Of a stretch of 64,000 bases of DNA, positions 46,844 through 56,727 are shown in pieces. The position numbers and the translations under genes are program-made. The DNA comes from Acidilobaceae archaeon (GTDB taxonomy: Archaea > Thermoproteota > Thermoprotei_A > Sulfolobales > Acidilobaceae), in assembly GCA_038897215.1 (NCBI GenBank), contig JAWAWX010000001.1, forward strand, positions 832,001-896,000, read 5' to 3'. The notes below the pieces were generated by a model. It was not told where the DNA came from. It made no database searches and saw only the letters and a program-made list of their open reading frames with translations. Position 1 is the first letter of the stretch. Each line of letters starts with the position of its first letter.

Positions 46844-49720
46844 ATGGCTGAGAGTAGCGCTCTAAGCTTGCTACATCCGAGAGTCAGAGAAGCGCTGAGA
46901 AAAGCCGGCTACGAGCGGCTCCTGCCAGTGCAGGAGAAGGCTCTACCTGTGGTGCTGAGAGGCTCGCATACTCTAATCGTGGCTCCTACTGGTAGCGGGA
47001 AGACGGAAGCCGCGTTACTACCAATCCTTTCACTAATGCTTTCAGAGGAGCCGGAGAGTAGGGGTCTGAGACTCGTCTACGTGACTCCTCTGAGAGCACT
47101 AAATAGAGACGTCGCGCTGAGGATAGAGAAGCTCGCATCGCTCTGCGGCTTTAGCGTACTGGTTAGACACGGAGACACAGGGCAAGCCGATAGGAGGAGA
47201 TTCCTGAGAGAGCCGCCAGACATAATGGTGACTACTCCCGAGACTCTGACTCTACTACTGACTCTCAGAGAGCACAGAGACCTTTGGTCTAGAGTCGGTT
47301 GGGTGATAGTGGATGAAGTGCACGAGCTCCTAGAGAGTGAGAGAGGAGCAGAGCTCTCTATAACGCTAGAGAGGCTGTCTCTCGCGTCGAGAAGAAGGAT
47401 TCAGAGAGTAGGGCTCTCGGCAACTCTCTCAAAGCATAGCATAGAGAGAGCCAAAGAGCTTCTAGCTGGGAGGAGGAGGGTAGAAGTCGTTGAAGACCAC
47501 TCAGCTAAAGAGTACAGGATAGAAGTGATTCCAGTTAACGCTACCGAAGACAAATATGTGCAGGAAGCGGTGGGCAAGATAGCTGAACTCTCTTCTAGAG
47601 CAAGGTCTACTCTAGTCTTCGTCAATACCAGGCACGCTGCAGAACTCCTAGGGGCTCTCCTATCGAGAGTCGCGGAAGCCGGGAAAACAGCCGTACACCA
47701 CGGGAGTCTCTCGAGAGAAGTTAGAGAAAGCGCTGAGAGAAGATTTAGAGAAGGCATAGTGAAGGTTTTAGTAGCTACATCGAGCATGGAGTTAGGCATA
47801 GACATAGGCTCTATAGACCAGGTAGTTCAGTTCATGTCTCCTAGACAGGTTCTAGCAATGACTCAGAGAGCTGGCAGAGCTGGGCATAGATACGGAGACG
47901 TGAGCATAGCTTACATCATAACCCCTAATAACGTCTACGAGATGCTAGAGTCAGCAGTCATAGCCTGGAGGACGGAGAGAGGGCTCATAGAGGACGTGAA
48001 GCCTCATAGAGAAAGCTTGGATGCTCTAGCTCACCAAATCGTAGCCATGGTATCCGAGGGCTCTGCCAGTAGCGTAGACGAGATTCTCAGCATAGCCTCC
48101 AGGTCGGGTCTATACTCAGACCTCTCTAGAGAGACTGTTGAAGAGATAGTATCCTTCCTGGAAGAGCGGAGGATCCTCAGAGTCAACGAGAAGAGAGGCA
48201 TAGGCTTAGGCTCGAGAGCCTTCAAGTATCTCTACGAAGTCTCAATGATACCCGATGAAGTGGACTACGAGGTCTACGATATAGTGAGCGGTATTAAAAT
48301 CGGGTCTCTCAGCGAGCGCTTCATCACGGATAAGACGAGCAGCCCGTCTCCACGAGACTCTGGGAACAGATTCAGATTCGTGCTCTCTGGGAGGATGTGG
48401 GAGTGTCTGGAGATAGACACAGAAGCTAAGAGAGTCCTAGCCAAGCCTGTAGCTGAGGTCGAAGGCTATCTGCCAAGCTGGGAGGGTGAACTGATACCCG
48501 TCGACTTCAAGGTAGCTAGAGAAGTCTGCTCTATTCTAGCTCTAGCAATGGAGAGCCCAGAGAGAGCTAAGAGCCTTCCGGCTATGAGGAAGCTTGGAGA
48601 GAGAGCAGACGACGTGGTGAAAGTTGCTACAGAGACTGCTAAAATGTGGGGAGCTGTGCTCAGCTTCAAGAACCCAGTGATTGAGGCGCTAGAGAGAACG
48701 AGTATTCTCTACTCCTGCCTAGGCTCAAAGGGGAACTTCGGGTTAGCGCTCCTCATCTCGGAGATAGCGTCGAAGTGGATAGGGCTAGAGTTCAAGCACA
48801 TACCGTACGCTATAGTGTTCTCTGGCTTATCGCTACACACGTATAGCATAATAGCTAGAGCTCTCTTAGAAGCTAAGAGGTTAAACCGTGCTGATAGGCT
48901 TGCACTAATACAGTCTTCTCTTAGGAGGAGTAGAGCGTTCATCATCAGATTCTACCACGTAGCTAAGAGGATGGGGGTCCTAGACCCAGATGCTAGAGTA
49001 AGCGTGGCTCTTCTCGAGAAGATAGCCAGAGAGAATGCTGGAAGCGTAGCTGAGAGAGAAGCCATAAGAGAAGTCCTAGTAGACAAGGTGGACCTCGAGG
49101 CCGTGAACGAGTTCCTAGACGACCTCGAAGCTCCCGTGGTGGTGAAGCCTCCGAAGCCGAGCCCTCTAGCTGAGCAGGTAATGAGCAACCCGTATATTAG
49201 GAGCGACGTGGCGGTCAGCATAAAGACTATAGCCATGGATAAGCTCATAGAGGCGAAGAAGAGACACCTCAAGAGCAAGAAGGTAGTGATGCTGTGCATC
49301 AGCTGCCTCTACTGGGAGGAGCTCCACGTAGCTTCAATCGAGAGAAGCTATAGATGCCCTAGATGCGGGAGCCTCAGCATAGCCCCCCTCCCCACGACAG
49401 AGTGGGGAGCTAGCGCTAGAGAAGCGTTCACGCGCCTCACTCGAGGAGAGAAGCTGGGAGCAGAGGAGAAGGAGTTAGCGGAGGAGGTGAAGAAGAGAGC
49501 AGAGCTCTACCTCAACTACGCTGGGCAAGACCTGGGAGACTACGTGGTCATGGCTTTAGCAACTCATGGCGTGGGACCGGCTAGAGCTAAGAGAGTCATG
49601 GCTGCACTCATCGAGAGAGGAGAGAGAGGCTTCTTCGAGGAGCTCCTGAAAGCTGAGGAGGAATACATCACGACCAGGAGGTACTGGAGCGATAGGAGGG
49701 GAGAGGATAAAGGAGGCTAG
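46844..49720 (+). CDS. lhr: Lhr-family SF2 helicase
   Basis: APTGSGKT, PLRALN, DEVH, SAT, HHGSL, QRAGRAGH, WEGE, C-terminal CxxC..CxxC. Confidence 0.95.
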   Translation: MAESSALSLLHPRVREALRKAGYERLLPVQEKALPVVLRGSHTLIVAPTGSGKTEAALLPILSLMLSEEPESRGLRLVYVTPLRALNRDVALRIEKLASLCGFSVLVRHGDTGQADRRRFLREPPDIMVTTPETLTLLLTLREHRDLWSRVGWVIVDEVHELLESERGAELSITLERLSLASRRRIQRVGLSATLSKHSIERAKELLAGRRRVEVVEDHSAKEYRIEVIPVNATEDKYVQEAVGKIAELSSRARSTLVFVNTRHAAELLGALLSRVAEAGKTAVHHGSLSREVRESAERRFREGIVKVLVATSSMELGIDIGSIDQVVQFMSPRQVLAMTQRAGRAGHRYGDVSIAYIITPNNVYEMLESAVIAWRTERGLIEDVKPHRESLDALAHQIVAMVSEGSASSVDEILSIASRSGLYSDLSRETVEEIVSFLEERRILRVNEKRGIGLGSRAFKYLYEVSMIPDEVDYEVYDIVSGIKIGSLSERFITDKTSSPSPRDSGNRFRFVLSGRMWECLEIDTEAKRVLAKPVAEVEGYLPSWEGELIPVDFKVAREVCSILALAMESPERAKSLPAMRKLGERADDVVKVATETAKMWGAVLSFKNPVIEALERTSILYSCLGSKGNFGLALLISEIASKWIGLEFKHIPYAIVFSGLSLHTYSIIARALLEAKRLNRADRLALIQSSLRRSRAFIIRFYHVAKRMGVLDPDARVSVALLEKIARENAGSVAEREAIREVLVDKVDLEAVNEFLDDLEAPVVVKPPKPSPLAEQVMSNPYIRSDVAVSIKTIAMDKLIEAKKRHLKSKKVVMLCISCLYWEELHVASIERSYRCPRCGSLSIAPLPTTEWGASAREAFTRLTRGEKLGAEEKELAEEVKKRAELYLNYAGQDLGDYVVMALATHGVGPARAKRVMAALIERGERGFFEELLKAEEEYITTRRYWSDRRGEDKGG

Positions 49721-50448
49721 CTTTGAGACTCCTGCTCTCTAGGCTTCTCCTCCGGCTTCTTGTAGTAGGCTTCGATCACGATCTCGAGCTTCTCGGGGTC
49801 TAGAGAGTCCTTCACGTAAGTTATGAGAAGCCTCAGTCTAGCATCGAGGTCGCTCATATTGAGAACTACTAGGGGGAGCTTAACTCTAACTACTCCGCCT
49901 TCGACCTCGGCCTTGACCACGTCGTCTCTCAGCCCTAGAGCTCTCGCAACCAGCAGTCTAGCCTTCTCCACGGGGTCCTCGACTACCTTCTTCAGCTCGA
50001 GAACTATCTTGAGAGTCTTCCCGGCTAGCGGATGGTTTAAGTCTATGTAGGCGAATCTCTCAGTAACTCTAGCTATGACCCCCCTCCTCCCCGCTATCTC
50101 GACCTCCGCGCCCACTCTAGCAGGGACTCCTGCTCTCTCGAGTTGCTTGATGGGGACCCTTACTATCAAGTCTTCTCTCCTCTCTCCATAGGCTCTATTG
50201 GGGGGGACTATTACCTCCTTGACCTCTCCAGGCGACATTACCGCTAGAGCTTCCTCGACAGCTTCTAGTAGTCCTCCTCGGCCATATACTACAGCTAAAT
50301 CGCCATAGCTCTTGGAGGGGTCGTAGATGCCAGCTTTTTTAGCTACATCCTCATAAGTAGTCTCAACTACTCTCTCCCCCTTCTCGTCTATAGCATAGAT
50401 AGTGTAGCCTATGAGCACGACGTCGCCCGCTTTCAAAGCCGGCACCAC
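49717..50448 (-). CDS. slyD: FKBP-type peptidyl-prolyl isomerase (long archaeal SlyD type)
   Basis: GD.V.I.Y, P..AYGER, D.NHPLAGK.L. Confidence 0.93.
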   Translation of the reverse strand: MVPALKAGDVVLIGYTIYAIDEKGERVVETTYEDVAKKAGIYDPSKSYGDLAVVYGRGGLLEAVEEALAVMSPGEVKEVIVPPNRAYGERREDLIVRVPIKQLERAGVPARVGAEVEIAGRRGVIARVTERFAYIDLNHPLAGKTLKIVLELKKVVEDPVEKARLLVARALGLRDDVVKAEVEGGVVRVKLPLVVLNMSDLDARLRLLITYVKDSLDPEKLEIVIEAYYKKPEEKPREQESQS

Positions 50449-50556
50449 AGCAAGCGATTCCCAGCCCAGAGCCTATGAATTCTCCGGAGATGCTCTAAGC
50501 TAGCGCCAACGCTATAGGCTGAGCCACTCTGCTGAAGCTACCTGGGAGTCTCGCTG

Positions 50557-51006
50557 TTGAAAGTTTTGGACTCCAGGTGGCTGGTCTTCAGAGCCGAAGG
50601 GCACCCCAACGTGAGCGCTAGACACGAGACCACCATAGAGGTGACTAGAGAAGACTATCTGACTCCCAGAGGAGACTGCATTATAGGAGTCAAGTCTGAG
50701 CTCTCGGCGAGAGACTTGCCGGAGTGGTTTAAGGAAGAGGCTAGAAGAGGCTCTCTGATAGTAGCGGTCTTCTGCGCTGAGAGCGTGTGTGATAGCGTGG
50801 TAGGGCGCGGCTCGCCAGAGATGAGCTTCGCTGACGATAAGAGGATTGTGCTCAGAAGATCGGCCTACGTTGGCCCCGAGACGGTCATGATTAAAGCATC
50901 GCGTGCTGCAGCACACTTGAGTAGAGAGCTCGTAGCCCGCCTCTCTAGAGGAGCAGAGCTAGAAGTGTTCCTAGCAGCTATCCCAGTAAAACGTAATAGC
51001 GATTAG
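50557..51006 (+). CDS. DUF371 family protein
   Basis: GHPNV.A.H.TT.E.T...LTPRGDCIIGV. Confidence 0.9.
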   Translation: MKVLDSRWLVFRAEGHPNVSARHETTIEVTREDYLTPRGDCIIGVKSELSARDLPEWFKEEARRGSLIVAVFCAESVCDSVVGRGSPEMSFADDKRIVLRRSAYVGPETVMIKASRAAAHLSRELVARLSRGAELEVFLAAIPVKRNSD

Positions 51007-51035
51007 TTCTACCTCCTCGATCTCAGGGGAGGCGC

Positions 51036-51866
51036 TTGGAGGTAGGAGTTGTAGTAAAGCGCGGAAGCCTCCTAGCGCTAGAGCTCGCTGAGAAAGCAGT
51101 CGAGGTCCTCAAGAGTCACGGAGTGAGAGTGCTTGTCGAAGAGAAGAGCGTCTTCGGGCCTCTCAGCTCTCTACCTAGATTCAGTCTAGTGGAGGAGAAG
51201 CCAGAGTACATAGTAGCCATAGGAGGAGACGGGACTCTACTGAGGACTGCTCTCCACATAAGAGAAGAGTCGGCAATACTCGGGATAAAGGCCGGCAAGA
51301 GAGGCTTCCTCATGGAGATTGATAGATTCGAGGTAGAAGAGAGGCTTAAAGACTTCGCTGAAGGCAGGTTCAAGATAGTCGAGTACTCTAGACTAGACGT
51401 ATCGCTTAACGGCGAGAGGTTCGCGTGTATTCTCAACGACGCTGCAGTCTTATCAACCATGGCTAAGATCGTGAGACTCAACACTCTCATAGATGGAGAG
51501 GTCGCGATGAGGCTAGACGGGGATGGAGTGATAGTGGCTACGAGTGTTGGGAGCACTGCTCACAGTCTGAGTGCTGGAGGGCCTATTGTCGACCCTAGAC
51601 TCGATGTGGTTATAGTTGTTCCCGTAAACCCGATCCAGCTCTACCTCAGACCCATAGTGGTGCCATACGGCTCCCAGATAGACATCCATGTGAGCGAGCA
51701 GAGCAACGAGGCGGTACTCAGTCTAGACGGCCAGATCCAAAACGTTGTAAGACCGGGCTCTATAATAACCGTGTTGCCGTGTAAGTGGAAGCTTAGAGTA
51801 GTTAAGCTGAAGGGGCTCGAGGGGTTCTATGAGCGTGTCTACTCGAGAATACTCATGTATTGGTAG
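51036..51866 (+). CDS. nadK: NAD kinase
   Basis: GGDGT.L, GF, LND, DG...AT..GSTA..LSAGGP. Confidence 0.95.
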   Translation: MEVGVVVKRGSLLALELAEKAVEVLKSHGVRVLVEEKSVFGPLSSLPRFSLVEEKPEYIVAIGGDGTLLRTALHIREESAILGIKAGKRGFLMEIDRFEVEERLKDFAEGRFKIVEYSRLDVSLNGERFACILNDAAVLSTMAKIVRLNTLIDGEVAMRLDGDGVIVATSVGSTAHSLSAGGPIVDPRLDVVIVVPVNPIQLYLRPIVVPYGSQIDIHVSEQSNEAVLSLDGQIQNVVRPGSIITVLPCKWKLRVVKLKGLEGFYERVYSRILMYW

Positions 51867-52266
51867 AGCCATAGTGCTCGATACGGGAGCTCTGCTAGCA
51901 GGGATTCATCTAAGCTCGCCATGCAAGACCTACACTACCAGCCTGGTTTTGAGAGAAGTTAGAGATGAGGAGAGCCGAGCGGCTCTAGAGAGAGCCCTAG
52001 AGTCCGGGAAGCTCGAGGTTCTCGACCCGCCGCCAGGCGTGGTAGAGTCTCCGACTAGCAGGAGGCTCAGTGAGGCAGACGTCTCGATCCTAGCTCTAGC
52101 TCTCTACTTCAAGAGACTAGGGCTAGAGCCTCTAGTCTTCACAGACGATTATGCTCTCCAAGAAGAGCTCGCTTCGAGAAACGTGAGCTTCAGACCAGTG
52201 AGATACAAGGGCTCGAGAGCCTACAGGAGAGCAACGAGGGGAGAGAGCAGTGTCTATGAGGCTTAA
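51829..52266 (+). CDS. nob1: Nob1-like PIN endonuclease lacking the Zn ribbon
   Basis: VLDTGA, EVRD, LS.AD, TDDYALQ. Confidence 0.8.
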   Translation: MSVSTREYSCIGRAIVLDTGALLAGIHLSSPCKTYTTSLVLREVRDEESRAALERALESGKLEVLDPPPGVVESPTSRRLSEADVSILALALYFKRLGLEPLVFTDDYALQEELASRNVSFRPVRYKGSRAYRRATRGESSVYEA

Positions 52267-53299
52267 GGTAGTCTATGACGACATACATACACTCCATAGA
52301 GACGAGTGGGGGTTTCACGTCGAGAAGCCTGAGAGACTCGTTGCCCCCAAAGCTGTCCTCGAGGAGCCTCTCTTCGCCGAGATCGTAGAGTGGAGGAGAG
52401 CGCCGAGACCAGACGAGAGCTCTCTCTCTAAAGTCCACTCTAGAGACTACGTGGATTTCATTAGAGAAGAGTCGAGAAAAGGGTTCCACTACGTGGACCC
52501 AGACACCTATGTGACTAAGTACACCTACGAGGTGGCTCTCTCATTCTCTACAGCTGCTAGAGAGGCTGCTCTCGACTCTCTGGAGACCGGAGACCCCTGG
52601 CTTATCCTCCCGAGGCCTCCAGGCCACCATAGCGGGAGGAGGGGTTGGGCTATGGGCGCTCCCACCTTGGGCTTCTGTATATTCAATCACTCAGCTGTAG
52701 CCACTCAAGCTCTCCTAGAGAGAGGCTTTAGCGTCATGGTGATCGATTTCGATGCACACCACGGAAACGGGACTCAAGACATACTATGGAATGAGCCTAG
52801 AGCTCTCCACATAGACGTACACCAGAGAGGCATCTATCCGGGGACGGGCTGGGTCACGGATAAAGGCGGAGGAGAGGCGGAGGGCACCAAGATAAACATA
52901 CCTCTAGCCCCCGGGAGCGGGGATAGAGAGATAGCGTGGGTAGCTGAGAAGGTCGTGAAGCCCGTCTCAGAGGCATTCAAGCCAGATGCCGTCATCGTCT
53001 CAGCCGGCTTCGACGGACACTACAGCGACCCTCTCACATCGCTCACGATAACGGAGGCAGGCTACAAGATCCTGGGGCGTTTAGTCAGAGAAGTCTGGAT
53101 GGCGTCAAGGCGGAGAGCTCTAGTTATAGTCCTTGAGGGAGGGTATGCTCAAGGGTTAAGCAAAGGGTTCAGGAGCTTTCTCGAAGGGCTTCTGGGAGTA
53201 GGAGAGGAGCAGAAGATAGAGCCCCGTATGGAGGAGAGCGTTTCGGAGCTCTTAACTAGAGAAGTTCTAGGTAAGTACTGGGGGCTCAGAGTAGCCTGA
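52250..53299 (+). CDS. Histone deacetylase family protein
   Basis: H.E.PER, RPPGHH, GFC.FN, D.DAHHGNGTQ, SAGFD, EGGY. Confidence 0.95.
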   Translation: MSMRLKVVYDDIHTLHRDEWGFHVEKPERLVAPKAVLEEPLFAEIVEWRRAPRPDESSLSKVHSRDYVDFIREESRKGFHYVDPDTYVTKYTYEVALSFSTAAREAALDSLETGDPWLILPRPPGHHSGRRGWAMGAPTLGFCIFNHSAVATQALLERGFSVMVIDFDAHHGNGTQDILWNEPRALHIDVHQRGIYPGTGWVTDKGGGEAEGTKINIPLAPGSGDREIAWVAEKVVKPVSEAFKPDAVIVSAGFDGHYSDPLTSLTITEAGYKILGRLVREVWMASRRRALVIVLEGGYAQGLSKGFRSFLEGLLGVGEEQKIEPRMEESVSELLTREVLGKYWGLRVA

Positions 53300-53375
53300 C
53301 AATAGCCTTGCTAGTCTAGAGAGCTCTCCCAGACTCCTCCCGCTGAGAACCTCGCTCTATAGGGCTCTCGCGGGT

Positions 53376-54377
53376 CTAGGGGGAGGTTTTAACGATGTCT
53401 ATGAACACTCCTAGCTTTCTCTCTAGAGCCTTCCCGTAGACTAGCCGGGCTGTAGCCACATCCTGTATAGCTAGCCCCGTGGAGTCGAAGATCGTTATCT
53501 CTTCGTCTAGCACTCTGCCGGGCTTCTTGCCCGCCACGACTTCTCCTAGCTCAGCATAGATGTCCTCCATCGATATGATCCCCTGAGATAGCGGCACGTT
53601 GATCTCACCGCTGTGAGAAGCTTGCTCTAGGTCGTCGACTACTATCTTGGCTGTCTTCAAGATAGCCGGGTCTAGCTCCTGCTTTCCGGGAGCATCTGCT
53701 CCTATCGCGTTTATGTGTGTACCCGGCTCCACCCACTCCTTCTTCACCACCGGTCCTCTCGCTGGGGTAGCTGTAACCAGGACGTCTACTCCTCTGGTAG
53801 CGCATTCCGCGTTATCGCATACGATCACGTCTACTCCGAGAGCTCTCTCGACTTCTCTCTTGTAGTTTTCTGCTTTAGAGCGGATTATGTCGAAAATCTT
53901 GACTTTCTCGATCTTCATAACCCTAGAGGAGTAGACTGTTTGAATGTGCCCCTGAACCCCGGCTCCTATCACTCCGAGAATCCTGGAGTCTCTTCTAGCC
54001 AGGTACTTGATAGCTATCGCTCCTCCAGCTCCTGTTCTGTGATTCGTAATCAGTGTCCCGTCCATGACCGAGAGAGGAGTCCCAGTCTCGGGGTCTACGA
54101 GGAGTATCGTAGCCATCACTGTAAAGATCCCTCTCTTGGGGTTATCTGGGTGAACGTTGACAACCTTGACTCCCGCCATCCCCAGTTTGGGTATGTATGC
54201 AGGCATGACTCTCAAGTCTCCGTTGTACTCTGTGAAGAATAGATACATTTTCGGAGGCATCTGAACCCTGCCTAGCCCCTTCTCCCTGAAGGCCTCCTCT
54301 ACAGCAGATATCACCTCATCGGGGTCTAAGAGGGGCTCTATGTCTTTCCAGGAGAGAACCAGGACTCCCGTAGCCAT
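53376..54377 (-). CDS. ala: Archaeal alanine dehydrogenase (ornithine cyclodeaminase / mu-crystallin family)
   Basis: MPPK.YL, GDLRVMPAY, KVVNVHP.N, RTGA, GAG.Q, AIGAD.PGKQE, FDSTGLAIQD; start ATG 54377. Confidence 0.88.
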   Translation of the reverse strand: MATGVLVLSWKDIEPLLDPDEVISAVEEAFREKGLGRVQMPPKMYLFFTEYNGDLRVMPAYIPKLGMAGVKVVNVHPDNPKRGIFTVMATILLVDPETGTPLSVMDGTLITNHRTGAGGAIAIKYLARRDSRILGVIGAGVQGHIQTVYSSRVMKIEKVKIFDIIRSKAENYKREVERALGVDVIVCDNAECATRGVDVLVTATPARGPVVKKEWVEPGTHINAIGADAPGKQELDPAILKTAKIVVDDLEQASHSGEINVPLSQGIISMEDIYAELGEVVAGKKPGRVLDEEITIFDSTGLAIQDVATARLVYGKALERKLGVFIDIVKTSP

Positions 54378-54630
54378 CCATATCAGCCGATCTAAGAGTA
54401 TGCGAGTGGCTTTAAAGAATGCTCTACTCTCGAGAAGAGAGCTAAGAGCTCTCTCCCATGAAGCCCTGAAGGGCTGTCGAGACGAGTTCTCTCTGACCTC
54501 CCGCGAGGTAGAGAGTATGAGAGAGCACACTCAGCCATAGGCTCAGCTACTTCTCGCTAGCTTTAACGCCAAGCTTCTATAGCTCGAGCCCAGCTTGTGA
54601 GATGAGCTATTAGGGTATGAGTATCGAATA

Positions 54631-55821
54631 CTAGACTGCTAGAAAGACCGCTGATGTGATCAGCAAAAACGCTAGAGACGCTGGGACTAGGAGCTTGTAC
54701 GCATCGATTAAGCTCACGTTGTAGTATCTCAGAGTGTAGACCAAGCATAGGTGGAGAGGAGAGACCATGTAGCCTGTGAAAGCCGCCACGTATATGAGAG
54801 CGACTTCATTCACAGTGAGAGTCTTGAGAGCAGAGACCATAGGTATGGAGACAGAGACGCTCACACTAGCTGCTCCCGAGAGAACCCCGAATAGAGCGGG
54901 GACTGCTATGAGAGCTAGAGCTCCCACCTTAGAGCCTATCGAGTTTATGCTCGAGTAGTCGGCTACAGCGAATACCTCTCTGAGAACGAGAGCTGAGAAC
55001 GTTACCATCACTATATCCCAGACTGTGTGGTCTCTGATAGGGGAGAGAGCCTTGGAGAACGAGGAGCCCGATGCTATGATGAAGACGGGTATCGATAACG
55101 CTACTCCGACTAAGACAGCGAGTCTAGAGCTCAGACCAGCCATCTCTCCGCATATAGCTATAGATATGGATGTAAGCATGGGAGCCAAGCTTCTAGCCAG
55201 CTTCCCGAAGTCGGGGGAACTCTTCTCGAGGACTCCGTCACTCTCTCTTATCGCTATGAGTCCTATCAAGACCATTACTAGAGAGGCTACCAGAGCCCAA
55301 GCTACAAGAGCCCAGAGGCTGACCCCAGCTAGGCTAGCGGTCATCACTATAATCGAGTTGAGGGGGTACGCTATCACCAAAGCGTGCCTAAACCATACGT
55401 TGACGAAAAGCTTCTTCAGAGAAGTCCATCCGAGCCTATCTCCAATCTCGTTGACCACGGGAGCCGACATTAGCGCGCCTCCTGGAACAGGGAGGAGTCC
55501 GAGAACAGCAGGGATTCCCGCTGCTGCCACTCTCGGGCTCCTCAGAGCTCTCGATAGCTCTTCTCCGAGAACTTCAGCGACTCCCGTGTTCCTATAGAGT
55601 GAGACAAGCCAGGCTACGGCGGCTACTCCGGCTATGGCTTCGAGAGTGTAGTAGTTTGAGAGAACGCTCGCGTAGACCTCAGGTATGCGAGCTAGGCCGC
55701 TGGTAACAGCTATGGCGATAAGCGAAGCTGAAGATATAGCTATAGAGGGTGGTAGTCTAGCTAGAGATGCTGCTACTACGACCACTACAACTAAGACCCC
55801 TACTGCTAGCGCGTCAGCCAA
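54631..55821 (-). CDS. DUF401 family membrane transporter
   Basis: PA.LGLLPVPGGA.MSAP, N.WFRH, GY..SP.HLCL. Confidence 0.88.
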   Translation of the reverse strand: MADALAVGVLVVVVVVAASLARLPPSIAISSASLIAIAVTSGLARIPEVYASVLSNYYTLEAIAGVAAVAWLVSLYRNTGVAEVLGEELSRALRSPRVAAAGIPAVLGLLPVPGGALMSAPVVNEIGDRLGWTSLKKLFVNVWFRHALVIAYPLNSIIVMTASLAGVSLWALVAWALVASLVMVLIGLIAIRESDGVLEKSSPDFGKLARSLAPMLTSISIAICGEMAGLSSRLAVLVGVALSIPVFIIASGSSFSKALSPIRDHTVWDIVMVTFSALVLREVFAVADYSSINSIGSKVGALALIAVPALFGVLSGAASVSVSVSIPMVSALKTLTVNEVALIYVAAFTGYMVSPLHLCLVYTLRYYNVSLIDAYKLLVPASLAFLLITSAVFLAV

Positions 55822-55823
55822 GT

Positions 55824-56456
55824 CTACTCGACCTCGATTGCTGAGAACCGGAGAGAGTAGAAGGCTATGAGGAGAAATACTGCCCCAAGGAGCTCGAGAA
55901 GAGGAGCTATAGCTATCGTGAAGACTAAGATTATCGAGATAGAGCGGCTCAAGAAAGCTAACCCAGCTTTTCTAAACGAGTCTATACCCGTGGCTCTAGT
56001 CGCTGAGCTCATGGCTTTATACAAGAAGAAGCCGTTTGCTAGAAGACCGAGAGCTATGAGAGCAAGAGACGCAACTCCAAACAAGAGAGCTGCTAGAAGA
56101 CCGAGGACTAGCGACCGAGAGAACGCTATGGCGACCGCTACGATGAGAGCAAGCCCCCACGCTGAAGCTAGCAGCGAGATGAATGCTAGCAGAGCGTCTC
56201 TGAAGATAGAGGGTCTTCTGGCTACTCGAGAAACAGCGCGCAAAGCCAGCAGAACAAGCAACCAGCCAGTAATCCACAACGCCGGCGACGCGAGCAAGAG
56301 AGTGCGAGACCAGGAGCCCAATAGACTCCTTTCTCTCTCGAGCTCTACGATAGTAGCGTACACGGCTAGAACTACAGCCAGAAAAGCTAGCAGAAGCGAT
56401 GCGAGCACGAGAAGCGAGCCCGCGAGCCCCAGTAGCCTAGCAGTGCTCGAGGCCAA
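55824..56456 (-). CDS. DUF996 family membrane protein
   Basis: ARLLG..GS.L N-terminus, L.AL..VS.....IF, TG...F..AG, IAF.SL; true start TTG 56456 rather than 56750. Confidence 0.75.
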   Translation of the reverse strand: MASSTARLLGLAGSLLVLASLLLAFLAVVLAVYATIVELERERSLLGSWSRTLLLASPALWITGWLLVLLALRAVSRVARRPSIFRDALLAFISLLASAWGLALIVAVAIAFSRSLVLGLLAALLFGVASLALIALGLLANGFFLYKAMSSATRATGIDSFRKAGLAFLSRSISIILVFTIAIAPLLELLGAVFLLIAFYSLRFSAIEVE

Positions 56457-56643
56457 CTCAGACTCTGCCCTCTCGGAGTCGGCGAAGCGAGAAGACCTAA
56501 TAGCAGATATTGCTGAGAACTCTCTTCCACTTTTAGCGGACTCTATGAGACTCGAGAATAGCTCCGCAGAGAGCGAGAGGTCTGCGCGCGAGGAGGAGGT
56601 CGAGAAAGCTTTAAAGGGTAATAGCCGGTCTTCAATAACGAGG

Positions 56644-56697
56644 GAGATGAGGAGTTCGGCAGGACCCGAGGTTGGTGAAGAGATACCCATGGACCGA
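56644..56697 (+). ncRNA. Box C/D guide sRNA candidate with its own TATA box
   Basis: C GAGATGA, guide GGAGTTCGGCAGGAC, D' CCGA, C' GTGAAGA, guide GATACCCATGGA, D CCGA. BRE/TATA-like GAAAGCTTTAAA about 28 nt upstream. Confidence 0.6.
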
Positions 56698-56727
56698 TCC
56701 TCGAGTCGAGACGCTAGAGCCGAGGCT

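Noticed and set aside
54378-54630. Possible ncRNA or N-terminal extension upstream of alanine dehydrogenase
   Set aside because: Box-like words have the wrong spacing; CTTTAAA near 54410 fits a promoter for ATG 54377.
56641-56700. Fluoride riboswitch-like GGAGATG start near chrA
   Set aside because: Lacks the P1 pairing and downstream consensus, and has the wrong position and orientation; a C/D layout fits better.
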